A DNA stretch of 64,000 nt from contig CATNEN010000039.1 of the NCBI GenBank assembly GCA_950097015.1, positions 10,912,001 through 10,976,000 on the forward strand, in the 5' to 3' direction. The notes beneath the pieces were generated by a model. The model did no database searches. It saw only the letters and a program-made list of their open reading frames with translations, and was not told where the DNA came from. The first letter of the stretch is position 1. Each line of letters opens with the position of its first letter. Positions 1 through 13,068 of the stretch are shown piece after piece. Both the position numbers and the translations under genes were made by a program. The stretch comes from Macrostomum hystrix. Its lineage: Eukaryota > Animalia > Platyhelminthes.

Positions 1-197
1 AGGGGCGCCAGTCGCAGCACTGGCGCCCCTTTTCGGCCGCTGGCGCCCCTTTTTCAGCCGCTGGCTCCCGTTTTTCAGCCGCTGGCGCCCTTTCTTGGCT
101 CCTGGCGCCCTTTTTCGGCTGCTGGCACCCCCTCTGTGATTCTCATGGCGCTCCCCTGACAGACCGCCCCAAAACAAAATTCCTGGATCTGCCACTG
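1..197. mobile_element. Right end of a non-autonomous DNA transposon (hAT-like MITE) with internal 21-22 bp tandem repeats
   Basis: About 6 copies of gccgctggcgccc(t)n in 19-130. Ends in cctggatctgccactg (reverse complement cagtggcagatccagg), similar to the terminus cagtggcgatccagg of the complete MITE at 49046. Left end lies outside the window. Confidence 0.6.
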
Positions 198-730
198 ACT
201 GTATAGAGGAGTGGCTAAGAGACATGTTTCTAAAGAAGTAATCAAGAGGGGGCTGTTTGGACAAACTTTTCACTTATTTTTTACTTAAAACGCCCTTAAA
301 CAAACTCTTCACTTTTCATTAATGCAGTAAATAAATAAATGGTGACCTTCACTATAAAGTTAATACAGAGACGTGAATTGCTTACTGCTTTGCTTTAAAT
401 TTCTGCCCCAAAAACAACGGGCAAAAAAGCTAGTAAATGAATAAACGGGAGAGATTATATACTTATTAGCAGTTGTTTTAGCATTTTTTCTGACGTTTTA
501 AACACTGCCTTGTGTCTCTTTAAATTTTGACTGATTTATTTAGACAATGTAAACTTACGTGAAATTTACCTTTTATTCATCGGCTTATCGTAAATTAAGG
601 TATATTTTGTGGCATCGAAAGAGATCTAAGAGATAAGCTGCATAACTAAGGATTGAAAATTACGCTAAAGGTGACAAATCGACTGATTAGATGATCCGCT
701 TTTGGGGTTCTGTTTATACGAACCTAGTAT

Positions 731-1290
731 CTATCTATTTGCAGGGGGCCCGGGGCACTTGTCGCACAAGCGACGGAGCGGCACGCCCCCAGACCGGCGA
801 ACTAGGCGCTTAGCGCCCATCGCGCCGCCTCCCCTGAGCAGGTAGCACTCACAGCAGCACAGACCAGCCGGGTAGGGCAGGAGGCACCCAGAATAGGCTG
901 CAGTGTCCCCCACCCCAGCCCCACAAGCACAGAGCAGACCAAGGAAGGCTGAAATGAAACCAGTCCTCAGGGGGGCCGGGTGATGAGTGTATACTTATCT
1001 AATCGCGCTGATGGAAATCCAGAAAGCGCGCGGCGGTGTACACCCGCCCCCAGCCACCCCCCGCAAGGCCAACGCACACAACTCACACAACGCAGAACAG
1101 GCACACAGAAAGGTAGGAGCGAAGCTATTATTTCAAGCTTTGATTGCACGAAATATGGTGCACCTCCGCCGGTCGCTACTGTCCAAACCCTCCAACAAGT
1201 CCCGAAATTAATCGTGACTTGAAGGGAGAATCGAACTAGCGTCCTTTGGAGTGCGAGGCAGCGACGTTAGCCGCTGACCCACTCGCCCAC
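731..1290 (-). mobile_element. tRNA-headed SINE, family C (about 560 bp), full length
   Basis: Minus-strand head gggcgagtgggtcagcggctaacg...ctagttcgattc has A/B-box-like motifs. Perfect 14-bp TSD tacgaacctagtat at 717-730 and 1291-1304. Homologous copy at 21493-23226. Confidence 0.8.
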
Positions 1291-1497
1291 TACGAACCTA
1301 GTATTAATGACAAGTATTTTTTCTTGCTTGCAAGAGCTGCATATTAAAAGGATACCATAAGTTTTTTCATAGGATACAAACAGCTGGTTTAAATACGAGA
1401 AAGCGCTTTCGGAAGCCCATGTCAACAGGTCCGAAAAACACTTCATAAACAGATTTTGTGACAGAAGTTCCGCATGCAGCTTCGCCTAGCAGGAGCA

Positions 1498-3174
1498 TCA
1501 GTACCCTCCAGGCTCCCTGTCCTTCTCTGTCTGAGCCGAGGCAGGCTCGTGCGAGTGTCCGTGATGCCTGTCGGTTGAGTCCGAGCACTCCGACTGCAGC
1601 GCGGCGCCCCCGGCAGCCAGACTGTCGCAGTGGGCCAGGCGCTTCAACATCACAGTGATGGCGGCGAGAATACACAGAGAGATAATCGATAGGCCGCACT
1701 GGATTAGGAAGAAGCCAGAGAAGCTAAGCCGATCGATCACCAGACCCGACAGCAGCGGTGCTGTGAGCATACCCAGACCGGCTCCCATGCGACTCATTGG
1801 GAAGGCCACCGAGCCCTCTAGGTTCATGACCTCTTCCGCCGTGGCATAGACCATGGTGTTACCAGTGCCAATGGACAGGCCGGATATGAAGCCGAGCGCA
1901 TATTGAAGTCCCCGAACTTGGCGGGTAAAAAACCAGACGAATAGTGTCAGGGCTAGGGTGCCAGATCCAGTCAGGTAGACTAGGATGAGCTTGCCGCGAA
2001 TGTGATCACCGAACAGCATGCCTCCCACAAACATGAGTGACTCCCCGATTGTGTAGCACAGCTGCACCTTCGTTGCCTGCCTCTTGATTAGCACAGCCCA
2101 GTCAGAGTCGTCCGCAGTCGTAGTCTCATTTGTACCGGAGATGAATTGCGGCGATGCCTTAGCGATCGAATCGTACTCAAAGTCGTAGAGGTTCATGGCC
2201 AGGCTATACATCACCATGTTGTGCACTGTGCGCTGCAGAATCCACAGCACAATTGCCGGTCGCTCACGCATTTCCTTTATGGTGCAAAATCCTAATTTAC
2301 GACGCGGCTTCTCTTGCTGATGCTCCGGCTTCAATTGGTGATTGTTAGACGATGTAGCACCGTCATTCGTGGCACTGTCAGCAGCCGCCTGCTTGTCCAG
2401 GTCGTCGTAATCCATGCGTTTCGGCTCATAGACCACCCCGGCCAACAGCATCTCGATGAGAAACACAACGCCCATGTAGCGAAAGGCCATCCGCCAGCCG
2501 TCCTCTCGAATCCAGTAGGCATAGAGTGGACAGAAAATTATGGCGCCAAACGGACCGCCAGAGACCAAAGTGGTTGTGAGCACGTGGAAACGATGGTTTC
2601 TGTCGAAATACTCGCCAACGATCAGCGCCGAGGTGGTCATGGCCAGCGCGGAGCCGACGCCGTGAATGAAGGTGTGTGTTAGAAACAGCCAGCCTGGAGA
2701 CGGCACGTAGGAAGAGGCTAGGCAGCTGATGAAAATTAGCGTACCTGCAGAAATCGAGGCCAGTCCGTAGTGCCGGCCGTAAGTCAGCAGCGCTGTGGCC
2801 ACGAAGGGCATCAGGAAGAACCCGGTCGCTGCGTAGCTGTCGCCTGATGGTTTTTTATAAGAATACCAGAGTGAATTTAGCGCAAATTTGTAACTATCGG
2901 CTTGTCAATCCTTTTGTTAATACCCTAGGAAGTCAGTTCCCACGTCAGCAAAGCTAGTCTCACCGATCATGTTCAGCTCCAGTTTAGTGCTATTGAACTG
3001 TTCGTGCAGCTCGCCTAAAAATATTGAGAAACAGCGCCGCTTGCCGCCCACCAGGATGACGCTGGCCGCGGCGAAAAACAGGATGAAAATGTTTCGATGC
3101 CGGTAGAAGTTCGACTGGCACCATTGAAAGCATCCTCGTGCCTTATCGGCAGCTGCAGAGAGTCCCTGTTCCAT
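1498..3174 (-). CDS. MFS transporter, monocarboxylate transporter (SLC16)-like; 2 exons
   Basis: Exons 3174-2964 and 2843-1498 join through a GT-AG phase-1 intron (LNMI-G-DSYAATG). About 12 hydrophobic segments. IVGEYFDRNH and GWRMAFRY resemble the SLC16 YF.++R and GWR motifs. Confidence 0.85.
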
Positions 3175-3679
3175 ATCTGCTTCAGCGTGTGTCACTGTTT
3201 AGCGTCCGGGTTTTAGCGCTCGAGTTTCTCTCCGCTGAATTTTAAGCTAAAATGCGAGCCTCATCCCACAGGAATTGGCTCGTTGCGATTTCGATCTAAA
3301 TACATTGGACGGCCCCTGCCACCGAGCAACTGGCCAGAGTAACGACCGGAAATGGGACGCATCCCCTACTCTCGCAACTCCCTCTTCCTGATCCTCTGCC
3401 TTCATTTAGTGATGCGAATGAATAGGATAGGCCCTCTCACTTAGCAAACCAGTCCTCAATATCACATTCGACTGTCCACTCCCGAATGCCGCGCCAGCCC
3501 AAGGAACCAACCGGTCCATACTGGCTTCCGCTTTCCCATTTTGAAGTCAGCTTTCACATTATTCGCCATTTTCTGAGCGTACGAGTTTTCTGCGCGCGTA
3601 TTTTCTGCGTGTAGAAACTACGAGTATTTAAGTCATCTCGTCAATGTGATATTAAGTTGATCTGCAACTCAGCAACCAG

Positions 3680-3872
3680 TCTACAGTCGACCCGCAACCA
3701 GAAAGACGGCAGTTGTGATCTTGTTGCTGTGGTCTTCTAGCTTCCCTGAGCACACACAGAAACACGGATAAGTTTCGCAGGCACACACTAAAAAGATGTG
3801 TACATCTGCCTTGACTTTCTCATCGGCAGACAGTGTGCATTGTGCCTTGGAGGTTGGCCCTTATTGGTGCCA
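3680..3872 (-). mobile_element. SINE family B, partial and degenerate copy
   Basis: Contains cctgagcacacac...gatgtgtacatctgcc...gccttggaggttggccc, matching the full copies at 54633 and 58604. Ends approximate. Confidence 0.6.
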
Positions 3873-4511
3873 TTGACTAGGATCTTAAATCCTGAATTAT
3901 TGAATTCCCAATAGTTAACTTTGCTTAGTGAATGAAGGATGCTCGTTTGTTCTCAAGCCTCCAATGGGTCGAATGAAGTTTTTGAATGGGAGGTAGGATG
4001 GAGCATTCGATTTCAAACTCCGGAACTTGACAGTTTAACCAAAAATTGTCCAGACATGAGGCAGCGGAAATGAAATGACAGAAACAGCTGAATCTGACAC
4101 TTAAAGGTTAACTGTGTAGTTAAAATTGTATTCCCGTTTCATAGCTTTGGCATTTCCAAACCCATGGAACTCAAATATTTTTGGCCATAAAAATCGCCAA
4201 AAATGGTTCACGCAGTTAAAAAATACAATTCTTAATATCACCAATGTGATACCAATGCGATGATGCCAATGTCACACAAATCCTATGTTACCAATGCGAT
4301 GATACCCATGCGATACCAATGTGACATAAATCCACTGCTGCCAATGGGACACTAGGCGTTGGTATAATTTTACAGACTAAAATCAAACGAAGTTGAAGTA
4401 ACTATCGAAACTAACTGCACACATTCAACGTGTTATTTATATGCTTTTAAGCTATAATTCATGGCATTATATTAATATTCGGACAATGTTTTGACAGTTT
4501 ATGCGAATGAC

Positions 4512-5355
4512 CTAATTTATCTGATATTCAGAATCGCACCGTTTGATGCCGTAGCAGAACTTCATTTTTAGCAATCCGTTGTCATTGACAAAGCACCAGG
4601 GCTGGTTGTGCTCACCAATTGGCGGATCATAGTGCTTCCAGTAGAAGCAATAGTTGTGCTCGATCTGGGAGCTGGTAACGATATTCCACGGCTCGCAGAT
4701 CAGGTTCTCGGTGGTGTTGAACCGATTTAAGAATATCCATTCAGGCGCATCGGGTTCGTAGCAGTCTGGAATGATGATTATGAGGGATATCCGAATGAAC
4801 ATCCGAGAACAGTATCTGGGATCTGTGGAATCCCCCCTAGAAGTGCTGCTTGCGTCAATCAGTCTCCCAAAGTCCTCTGAAGTTATAAATCAAACTCTGT
4901 ACTTATCAACGATTTGTGTGCCTGTTTAAAGACAATGACAAATATCTTCTGGGGCACGACGTCGAAATCTGACATCAGAAATCTGACAAAGTAAACTGGG
5001 ACTGGGTCATTTCGCCGCTAGTTAGACGAAATCCTAGTCTTCGACCCCCTTTATTTAGGCACGTTTCAGTCTCTATAAAGTACTGAAAAGCCTTTTAGCA
5101 TTGTAAGCATCACTCCTAAAGGAGCCAAACGAGCATGATCTCACTCAGCGGGCTTTCGTAGCAAGCCTCATTGGTTTGCGGACAATTGTGCAACAGCATG
5201 GCGCCACCGAGTTCCAGAAATCGGTCCGAATTTCGATGTCCATACATCCATGGGATCTTCCCATCTGAGTGTTTCGTAGTTAGGGCAAGAAAGCAGGCTC
5301 GATTGGTAATCATCAGAGTTAGTAAAATAGGCGCAAATGACAGCTTTACAGTCAT
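4512..5355 (-). CDS. Putative small secreted protein with a degenerate kringle-like C-terminal module; exon structure uncertain
   Basis: 5' ORF begins with a signal-peptide-like stretch (MTVKLSFAPILLTLMITNRACFLAL). The last exon, after acceptor attccag near 4767, reads DCYE...ICEPW...HNYC...PWCF...FCYGIKRC, the six-cysteine kringle pattern without the RNPD motif. Middle exon(s) not resolved. Confidence 0.5.
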
Positions 5356-6556
5356 GGTTCTCACTGCAAGTACAAAGTTTTGTAAATCTGTTTAACTCAT
5401 GCAGTGGTATATATATATTGCAGTATATTGGAGTAGATTGAGTTGTATTGTAAAACGATTTTCAATTCCTGAGTCTCGACCATAGACTATATGCATTAAA
5501 AGCGTGCATTATACGTCCCGCAGTCCCTAATTCTTCGCGCCCCCGTGCCAAGACATTTAAGCACTAAAAACCAAGCATTGAATCCTATATTTAAGCCTTA
5601 CAAATCAGACAGTGAATGTTTTTAACCTTTGTCGATTGTTTGAAATTAAAGCCAGTGATTAAACACGTCGTTTGTTTTTTACTTCGATAGCTCTATTATT
5701 TAGACAAGGCAAGGCCCGTTTGTCATGCCAGGTGAGCCAAATTATAAATGAGAGAAGCATTTTCCAGCAGCTTTCAGCCTCGACGTGTCAATCAGCTTGT
5801 AGTTTTCCCAATCTCACTAATGGCTGCTTTGTCTGCAGCGCTAATTAAAGACAGCACATGAACGCCTTCTAAATGTGCCTAAGAATTTGCACAAGAGCAG
5901 ACTAATAGGCCATAAGAGGTTTTTCTGACAAATGCTGCAATAATTATTATCACTGTTATTAGCTTGTACTGTTTGAAAGCACGTATATGTACGAGTATTT
6001 GGAATGAGCGGTGAGATGAGAGATTTAGATGTGAGTTCTGAGAGGGTGAGCGATAGAGAGATACAACAAACGACAAAAAATATCAACAGCAGTGAATCTG
6101 AATAAATATATGAATATGTAAGTTTCAAGCTAGTACTGACAGTAGCTCATCAGTAATTGATTTTGTGACAAATTTATTCATTTAACTCGCTATGTTCACG
6201 GCAAGGAGGCAAAAATCATCAAGACGTTTCAACATTGATGAGAAATCAAAGCGAAACAGTTAAAGAACGTTTTGTACACGCATATTCAGTTAGTAAGTAG
6301 TCCATCAACCACAGACTTGAGACTAATTTGCGCTAACTAAATTGATCGACTATTAAAATAGCTTAAAAAACCTACAAGAAGGTAAAAAGTAGTTATCCAC
6401 AGCCTAAAGCAGTCTAGTACAGAAATATACCTAAATAAATTGTCGGTACACATTAAGCACTACATTTGGGACACGTGCGTTCAACAATATGGCTATGCAA
6501 AGTCTTGTAAGTTCAAGAAATCATTTTTTAATTGAAAAGCAGAGACGAGGTTCTCG

Positions 6557-8280
6557 TCAGGACTGTGTTCGGTCTTGGCTTTCAGCAATGGACGCACTGG
6601 AAGCTGCCGCCGCCGCCGAAGCCGCTGCAGCCGCCTCTGCTTCGGCCTCTTCTCGCTCCAAGTCGTCCCAGTTCTGCGCCTCGCACGGGTAGTTCAGCAG
6701 CGGGTAGGCCTTCACCATCAGGGCCAGGCAGACGGCCATCACCCCGGCAAGCAGGATGAACACCAGCCACGGCAGCACGTGCAGGCCGCCGCCGATAAGC
6801 GGACCGCCAAGCAGCGCCAGGCAGATGACGGTGCGGAACACGCCCTGCGCCATATCCTCCTCGCCCTCTGGCACAGCTTTCGTGTACATGCTTTCCGGCA
6901 GTGCAGAGGTCGCAGTCAGGCCCAACACCTGGACTAAGGTGCTGAGAATGATCAGAGTGATGTAGACCGCCGGCTTGCTAGTGTCAACGTAGACTAGCAG
7001 GGCGAAGTTGAAGAAATAACCGCCGAGCAGCAGGCATATGGCCAGCAGCAGTAGAAAGCGCTCTTGCTGTCGACCCAGAAAAAGTCTAAAGGCGACGTAG
7101 ATGAGAATAATCTGCACTCCACAGCCCAGGTAAACCAAGCTGATGTTGAACTCATCCCAGTGGAACAGATGGCTAAGCAGCGGCGACAGGACAGATTCAA
7201 ATGCCAATAGGCAAAAGTAACCCGAGAAGGCAATGAAGATCATTGCGAAAATGTCGGTGCGGAAGTACATGCGCACCTTGTTCGGATCCGTGTACTTTCG
7301 AACCGACTCGCCCAGGTCATCGCAGATTGTCGTCGTCGACTTTTCCGAAGAAGTCAGTTTCCCAGCATGTTCCTGCTCTGGCGTGGTCGAAGCCTCAGCA
7401 GCTTCGGCTAGAGCAGCGTCGTGCGGGATGTCCGGATAGACGAGGATCACGGCGATGGTGTGGATGGCCCACAAGAATGCCATAAATAGACCGGGTGAGT
7501 TGTAGACATCTATGACGAACTGGTTCACCTCAGCATGTATCGGATGCATGAGCATTGTTAGGGCCGGGCCTTAAAAAACCAATGAGATGAGACGGTAAAG
7601 ACAATGAGACACGACACAAGACATTAGCTAGTCCCTTGCGAGACACCCACTGCTTGCTACTACATGTACAGACGATAAACTCACAAACCTGCAATGATAC
7701 CGAACTGCTTCACTAGCAGGAGGTGCACCATGAAGGTGGTTCGCTCCTTCTTACTGGTGACGCGCACCACGTCTGCGTAGAGCGGTGGCTCCGCTGCGGA
7801 TCCGGCTCCGGCGATGAAGCGGCCGAAGAACACCAACCAGGGCGCTGGTGCGATGAAGTAGATAAAGTTGCCACAGATCTCCAGCAGGTTGGCCACCACC
7901 AGCAGTAGGCGGACCCTGGCCAAGCGTCTCTGCGACAGCCAACCGAACAGCGGATTGCAGATGAGGGGCAGCAGATTGAAGCCGGCGAGGGTGGCTCCGT
8001 AGAACTGCGCTCCCGCAGATGAGTGGAACCGGTTAAGGTACAGCCAAAGTGTTGGCAGGATGATCACCCTCTCGATGCCAGTCAGTAGCCCCCAGGTGCC
8101 ACCAATGATGCCAACGCGAGTTTTTGCCGACAGCGGGAACAGCCCGCGAAACCAGTCGCAACAGCGACAGCGTCCGCGCGGGCAGCACTTGTCAATGTCC
8201 TCGTTGGAGATAAGAGATGTGCTCTCCTTGCAGGCGGCCGCTGCCTGGCTGTTCGGAGTGTCCTGTGGTGGGTGATCCAT
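6557..8280 (-). CDS. MFS transporter, MFSD8/CLN7-like; 2 exons
   Basis: Exons 8280-7689 and 7569-6557, GT-AG phase-1 intron (GIIA-G-PAL). Motifs ILPTLWLYL, GNFIY, FFGRFIAGAGS, TSKKERT and YNSPGLFMAFLW are typical of MFSD8-like MFS proteins. Confidence 0.85.
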
Positions 8281-10291
8281 ACCTGGCTCACTTGAGAACG
8301 CAACGCACTGCTACAGTGACAGTGGTGGCAAAGTCGCTAATCGCAGATTTGCCTGTAACAGAAGACTGGCTATACCGAAACAGTCGGGAAGGCTGGGTTT
8401 AGATTATGTAGCTGGGGCTTGACTGTTTCTAGCTAGCCCAATTAAAGAGTAGGTCTTCCTCAGTTTGTACTGAACAAGTTCAGCTCTATATGCAATAAGC
8501 TCCCTCCTGCAGCAACACTAGCTACCGTGCGCTCAGCAGTGCAACGACTTAGGCAATTGTCATGCATATCGATATTGTCCAAATCAATAAAGAGAACGAG
8601 CCAGTTGGTAGAATAAGGAATGGCCAGAAGCAGGAAGGTTTGGAATATATGTGAGCGGATAAAGCTTGCGGCAATTACAATGCTCTTCCGGACAGCTGCA
8701 TTGGTCTTGTTGCTTCACTGTAGGTGCTGGGCAGGCAACACCCACGCCCTTCCCTCACCCCACTAGTGCGCCACTTGATCTGAAGATAGCATGGCCGATC
8801 ATTCAAGTTGGGAAGACTCCGTCGAAAGTCCTTGACAGAGTCCTCGCGTAGCAGTGCGGAGGGTCAGTGAGAATTGTTGATCGATAACGGGCATCGGCCG
8901 GATAAGCTCCGCAAAGTGGGATATTTTTTCTTGCTATCTTTGACTGAAAGCCAGCAGTAGAGAATTTATCCATTTATTGTCTCTGATTGCGTAAAATATC
9001 TCCTTCGATGCTAGCTTCAAGAGCCAGGAAAAACTATATATACTCGTACTTTGGGACATTTCTACTCCTGCTGTATAATCCAAGAATAGTCTTGCCTTTT
9101 GCTCCATACAATTTGCCCCTGTTATTTTGAAGACATTTATAATTATTTTGGAAAATGCTGCGGTATTTTTGTGCCTATTTGAAAAACAATAACAAGAGTG
9201 ACTTTCAGAATTTTAGAAAATAACAGTTGTAGAATTATGTCAAGTACTTTAAGGCAGTTCTCTCATTTACCACTTAGACTAGTATAGACTCAGATTCGAC
9301 TGTACGACAGTCAGTCCTAGCTAGAGGCGATCAGAAAAATTCAGACTGGCTTCTAAAGCAGTGCATTGAGCCTCGCCGCGAAATCGAGCTCAGGGACGCG
9401 CGAAGGCAAGCGCGTTAGACCTACTCTGACGCTCACCCCCGTTGCATTAATGCCCTTCAAAGAGGCACAATATTATGAAACTTCAACCAGTCTCTTTGCC
9501 CAGCATGCCGGTATCGATCTGTATCTGAGCTATACAGACTAATCCCCTAGGTCTTTGATTCTATGATGAAAATGTCCGTCATAATTGCCCTTTGATACAA
9601 AGCATAGAGCAGAATCAATAGCTCGTATAAAGTAAAACTAACCTTTTGATTCGGAATTCAATCCGAAACTCCATCTGCACTCAATCGATTATCTTCCCCC
9701 AGCAAGCTAAAAGCGACTTTCTGCGTTTCATCCACCATTTCACAATTCCGTCCTCTTGGTTGTATAGCTGCTACTGTGAAATGCAAGAATGCCATCGATT
9801 GCTTTCATCTGAATTGAAATCGGATTACCCAGAAAAAATAAAATTCTTATCGACCGAATCATACACTTCACTAACACAAAGATGATATGATCTGTGGCTT
9901 TAAAATGCGTCTTTTCAAAGAAGTGCAACAAAATATAAGTACTATCACAAGTGGTGAGTACTGAGTGGCAAGTGGACGTGCTTTATGTTACACATACATC
10001 CGAATAGCTACACAGAGCGGGAGATTGTTCAAACAACGGTCATTTTCTGCACTTATAATATATTTCTCGTTGTGTCAATCAATTAGGCAGTCGATTCAAT
10101 ACAATTTAAAAATTTAGCTATAGCTAAAGCTAAAGCAATATGTCAACACTTAAGTATTAAGTATTCGTGCCCCTCGTATTATGACAATCACCGTAAGGGC
10201 AAAAATAATGGAGGCAAACAACCAAAGAAGCGCTTGTTTTGCGTAAAAGCTTTTGTGGCTTTCCTAAGAGAACAGTGCAGAGCGAAGGGCG

Positions 10292-11254
10292 TCACTTGCA
10301 AATGAGGCACAGACCGCCAAAGCCACGGACTCTGTCGCCGTCCGCATCATCGCGCCTTGAGGACTGACCTTCGCCATTTTCAACTCCGTCCGGGTCGGCC
10401 CAAGCCTCGGCCCCTCTGAGCTGGTCGACATTGGCTCCACTCACAGCTGCGGCTGAACCTGCAGACGCTCCTGCAACAGTGGCGGCAGCAGCCGTTGCCA
10501 CAACTGTTGCGGCACCACCACCGCTGCTGCCGCTAGTTGAGCTGAACTCAAAGTCGAACTTGTGCTGCACCGTCCAGTGAGCAATGAGCACGGCCGATTG
10601 CAGCTGTTCAATAAGCTCCCGAGTGGCTCGGATCTCAGCTGTCAGGGACATCAAGTGCAAACTGTCGGCCTCGGTACCAGGTGAGTTCTCGGCCTCAGGT
10701 GTGCCGCTACCGCAGCTGGCCGCTCCGCCCGGAACGGAGACTCGACTGCCGCTGCTCATGGAGCTGCGGCGCGAAGAGCGCAAAGAGCTACTCAAACTGA
10801 GAATGGATCGGCGCTCCACGTTGAAGAACTCAGCTATGCCAGTGGCTACATATCGGTTCAGATTGTCCGGGTGCATCGGAAAGCGCCGAATCAGAGCCGC
10901 TGTGCGCACTAGATTATCAAGAGTAGACTCGACAATCTGCACAAACGTGGTGTACCTGGCTTCCCACTGTTTGCTAGTCGCAGCAGCTTCGCTTTCAACG
11001 TCGCCCTCGTTGGCCTCGGCGGGTCCGGCTGTCGCATGGTGGCTGCGCATCGACGGCAGGATGACGTCTTTCGAGACGGCGAAGCTGGCGAGAAGGCGCA
11101 CGGAGAGCGACTGCAACTGCTCGCGAACTCTGGCGCAGTCAGTCACGCTGCCCACCTGGCGCAGCAGCTGCTTGTACTGGGCCAGGATGCGGTTCAGAGA
11201 GCGCAGCGAGCTGTTAAACTGCTCCAGGGAGGTGATTGGTGACACGGACGCCAT
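10292..11254 (-). CDS. RGS7-binding protein / R9AP family membrane anchor, single exon
   Basis: From the ATG of MASVSP: LNRILAQYKQLLRQVGSVTDCARVREQL resembles the R7BP/R9AP N-terminal helices. Internal YVATG. C-terminal RVRGFGGLCLICK resembles the basic plus cysteine lipidation tail of R7BP. Confidence 0.7.
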   Translation of the reverse strand: MASVSPITSLEQFNSSLRSLNRILAQYKQLLRQVGSVTDCARVREQLQSLSVRLLASFAVSKDVILPSMRSHHATAGPAEANEGDVESEAAATSKQWEARYTTFVQIVESTLDNLVRTAALIRRFPMHPDNLNRYVATGIAEFFNVERRSILSLSSSLRSSRRSSMSSGSRVSVPGGAASCGSGTPEAENSPGTEADSLHLMSLTAEIRATRELIEQLQSAVLIAHWTVQHKFDFEFSSTSGSSGGGAATVVATAAAATVAGASAGSAAAVSGANVDQLRGAEAWADPDGVENGEGQSSRRDDADGDRVRGFGGLCLICK

Positions 11255-11419
11255 GCGCTGGTTTTGAACGCCACGCAGGGCTGTGCGCCAAGGGGCCTTT
11301 TTTCCTGGTAGGCCGAGCCGCGCTGAAATTTTTTCGGGTTTTGGTGTCAGATTACTTATTCTCACCAACTTACCCTGCCTCGATCGGTGCGTTTTTGACA
11401 ATACCCGGGGCGGGGATGA

Positions 11420-11590
11420 CTGGCCGCGACTAAATCGGGCACAGTCGCGGAAAAAGGCTTGGGGGCTTGTTGTATAATGCTAGTATAAGGGCGAACCACC
11501 AGGGCACAGTGAGCGTGTACAGTGACTGATAATGAGTATGAGTAAGGGCATATGTACACACATGTGTGAGCACGTGGAGCGAACGCATCT
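11420..11590 (+). mobile_element. SINE family B, degenerate copy
   Basis: aaggcttgggggcttgt...gggcacagtgag...gggcatatgtacacacatgtgtgagc matches the family B core. Ends approximate. Confidence 0.55.
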
Positions 11591-13068
11591 ATGTGACATG
11601 ATGCATCGCTTAATGGCAGATGGGGGCCATTAGTATTTTGTGTGTTCGCTTAGATAAACAACAGGCATAATAATTAGAATAGTAATCAGAAATAGCACTG
11701 AAGAGCGTAAGCGCAAAATACATACACATGTTTTAATAAACCGTGCAGTAATATGTAAGCCTGATGAAGAGATAATGAGTCATTTTATTGATGACTCGAC
11801 CTTCAATTATTGATGACTCGACTATCGTTTTGCGAGCTCATGACTTCTGCATGCTATTGTGATAGAAGGATGAAAAAATAGACACAAGCATTGATTATAT
11901 CATTCCGTTTATAAATGTAAAATGAATAGTTTTTTTGCCAAAAAAACCTCACAAATTTGACTTGTGAGGAATAACCATGGATGAACAAATGATATTAGTT
12001 ATTCATCAACGGGACTAACTACAAGCGATAATATACCAATATTGATAGGCTCGAGCAGCCTATGCATATTAGTGTTGTATACATATACTCGGCATATTTC
12101 AACACTGCCAGTGTTGTATACATATAGTTAGCCTACGCTTGTTGAAACGAGGTTAAAACTAACGGCAGCCCGCCCGCTGCTGTTGTCTATGGTCGAATTC
12201 CATAGATATGCACTGGCCGTGAAACGCGTTTAATCCCCAGCTTGGCCCGGCCTATTGGCTATTAATTCTATAGAATAATAAATTTATTATTTAACTGGCC
12301 TAGGCCAGTCATTTAACGGCCTAGGCCGATTAAACATATAGCCTATGGTCACAGTTGCTGTAAACAGTTTTAGTAGTGCAATCTCGTGAGCCGGGCCAAG
12401 CTTTAGGATTAAATACTATAATACCCCCTGAAATCGTTGTCTATGGCCTAGGTAACGGCTTCGGACTGCGCTTCTGGGGCCTTGGCTTCGCCTCGGCCAA
12501 GAAATGCGTCTTCAGCCGTTCCTAGTATAGGCCAAAGAAACGAAATCAGGGGGGGTATTATGGGTAAGCTGGCTGTCTTGCAACGCGGTTGAAACGCCAT
12601 ACATTTGTCCGCCGTCACTGTCTATGGTTGAAGCAATTCAATTATATTCAATTCATCACTTATAGCCACTGTATATTTCACTGCCAACAAACACAAGACC
12701 AAACACAACAGGAATGAAACACGAAGTAAACGAAATAATTCAGTAAATAACGCTTGGAAGCTCAAAATGATATTTGGCTGGAGAGTTCATCAATAGTTAC
12801 ATCTGTCAGTTAGCGTGGTGTAATGTTGAATGTGCAATTCTCAAATTGCAGTTCTCAAAAACGCTCGCCTGGTTGGCACCAATCGATACGCCCTGGTTAG
12901 CTACAACTGACCTAGGCATGCCGAACGCAGTCGTATTTTGTTGCAGTACGATGCATCCAGCAGTAGAACTTGTTCCCGCGTTGCTGGTGCTCTGACCAGC
13001 CGATGCCAGGGTTTGTTCCGCAGTGCCATAGAGCCGCCTGCACTGATTGCTCGGGATAGGTTGACTTT

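Noticed and set aside
4235-4350. Short ccaatg(t/c)ga repeats
   Set aside because: Irregular low-complexity cluster with no boundaries or partner repeat identified.
10584-11267. 227-aa antisense ORF, and similar shadow ORFs over HYKK, TOP1, the MFS genes and the recombinase
   Set aside because: Expected by-products of GC-rich coding sequence on the opposite strand, with no motifs of their own.
11255-11401. N-terminal extension of the 369-aa ORF
   Set aside because: Starts at a non-ATG codon next to a SINE remnant; family resemblance begins at the ATG at 11254.
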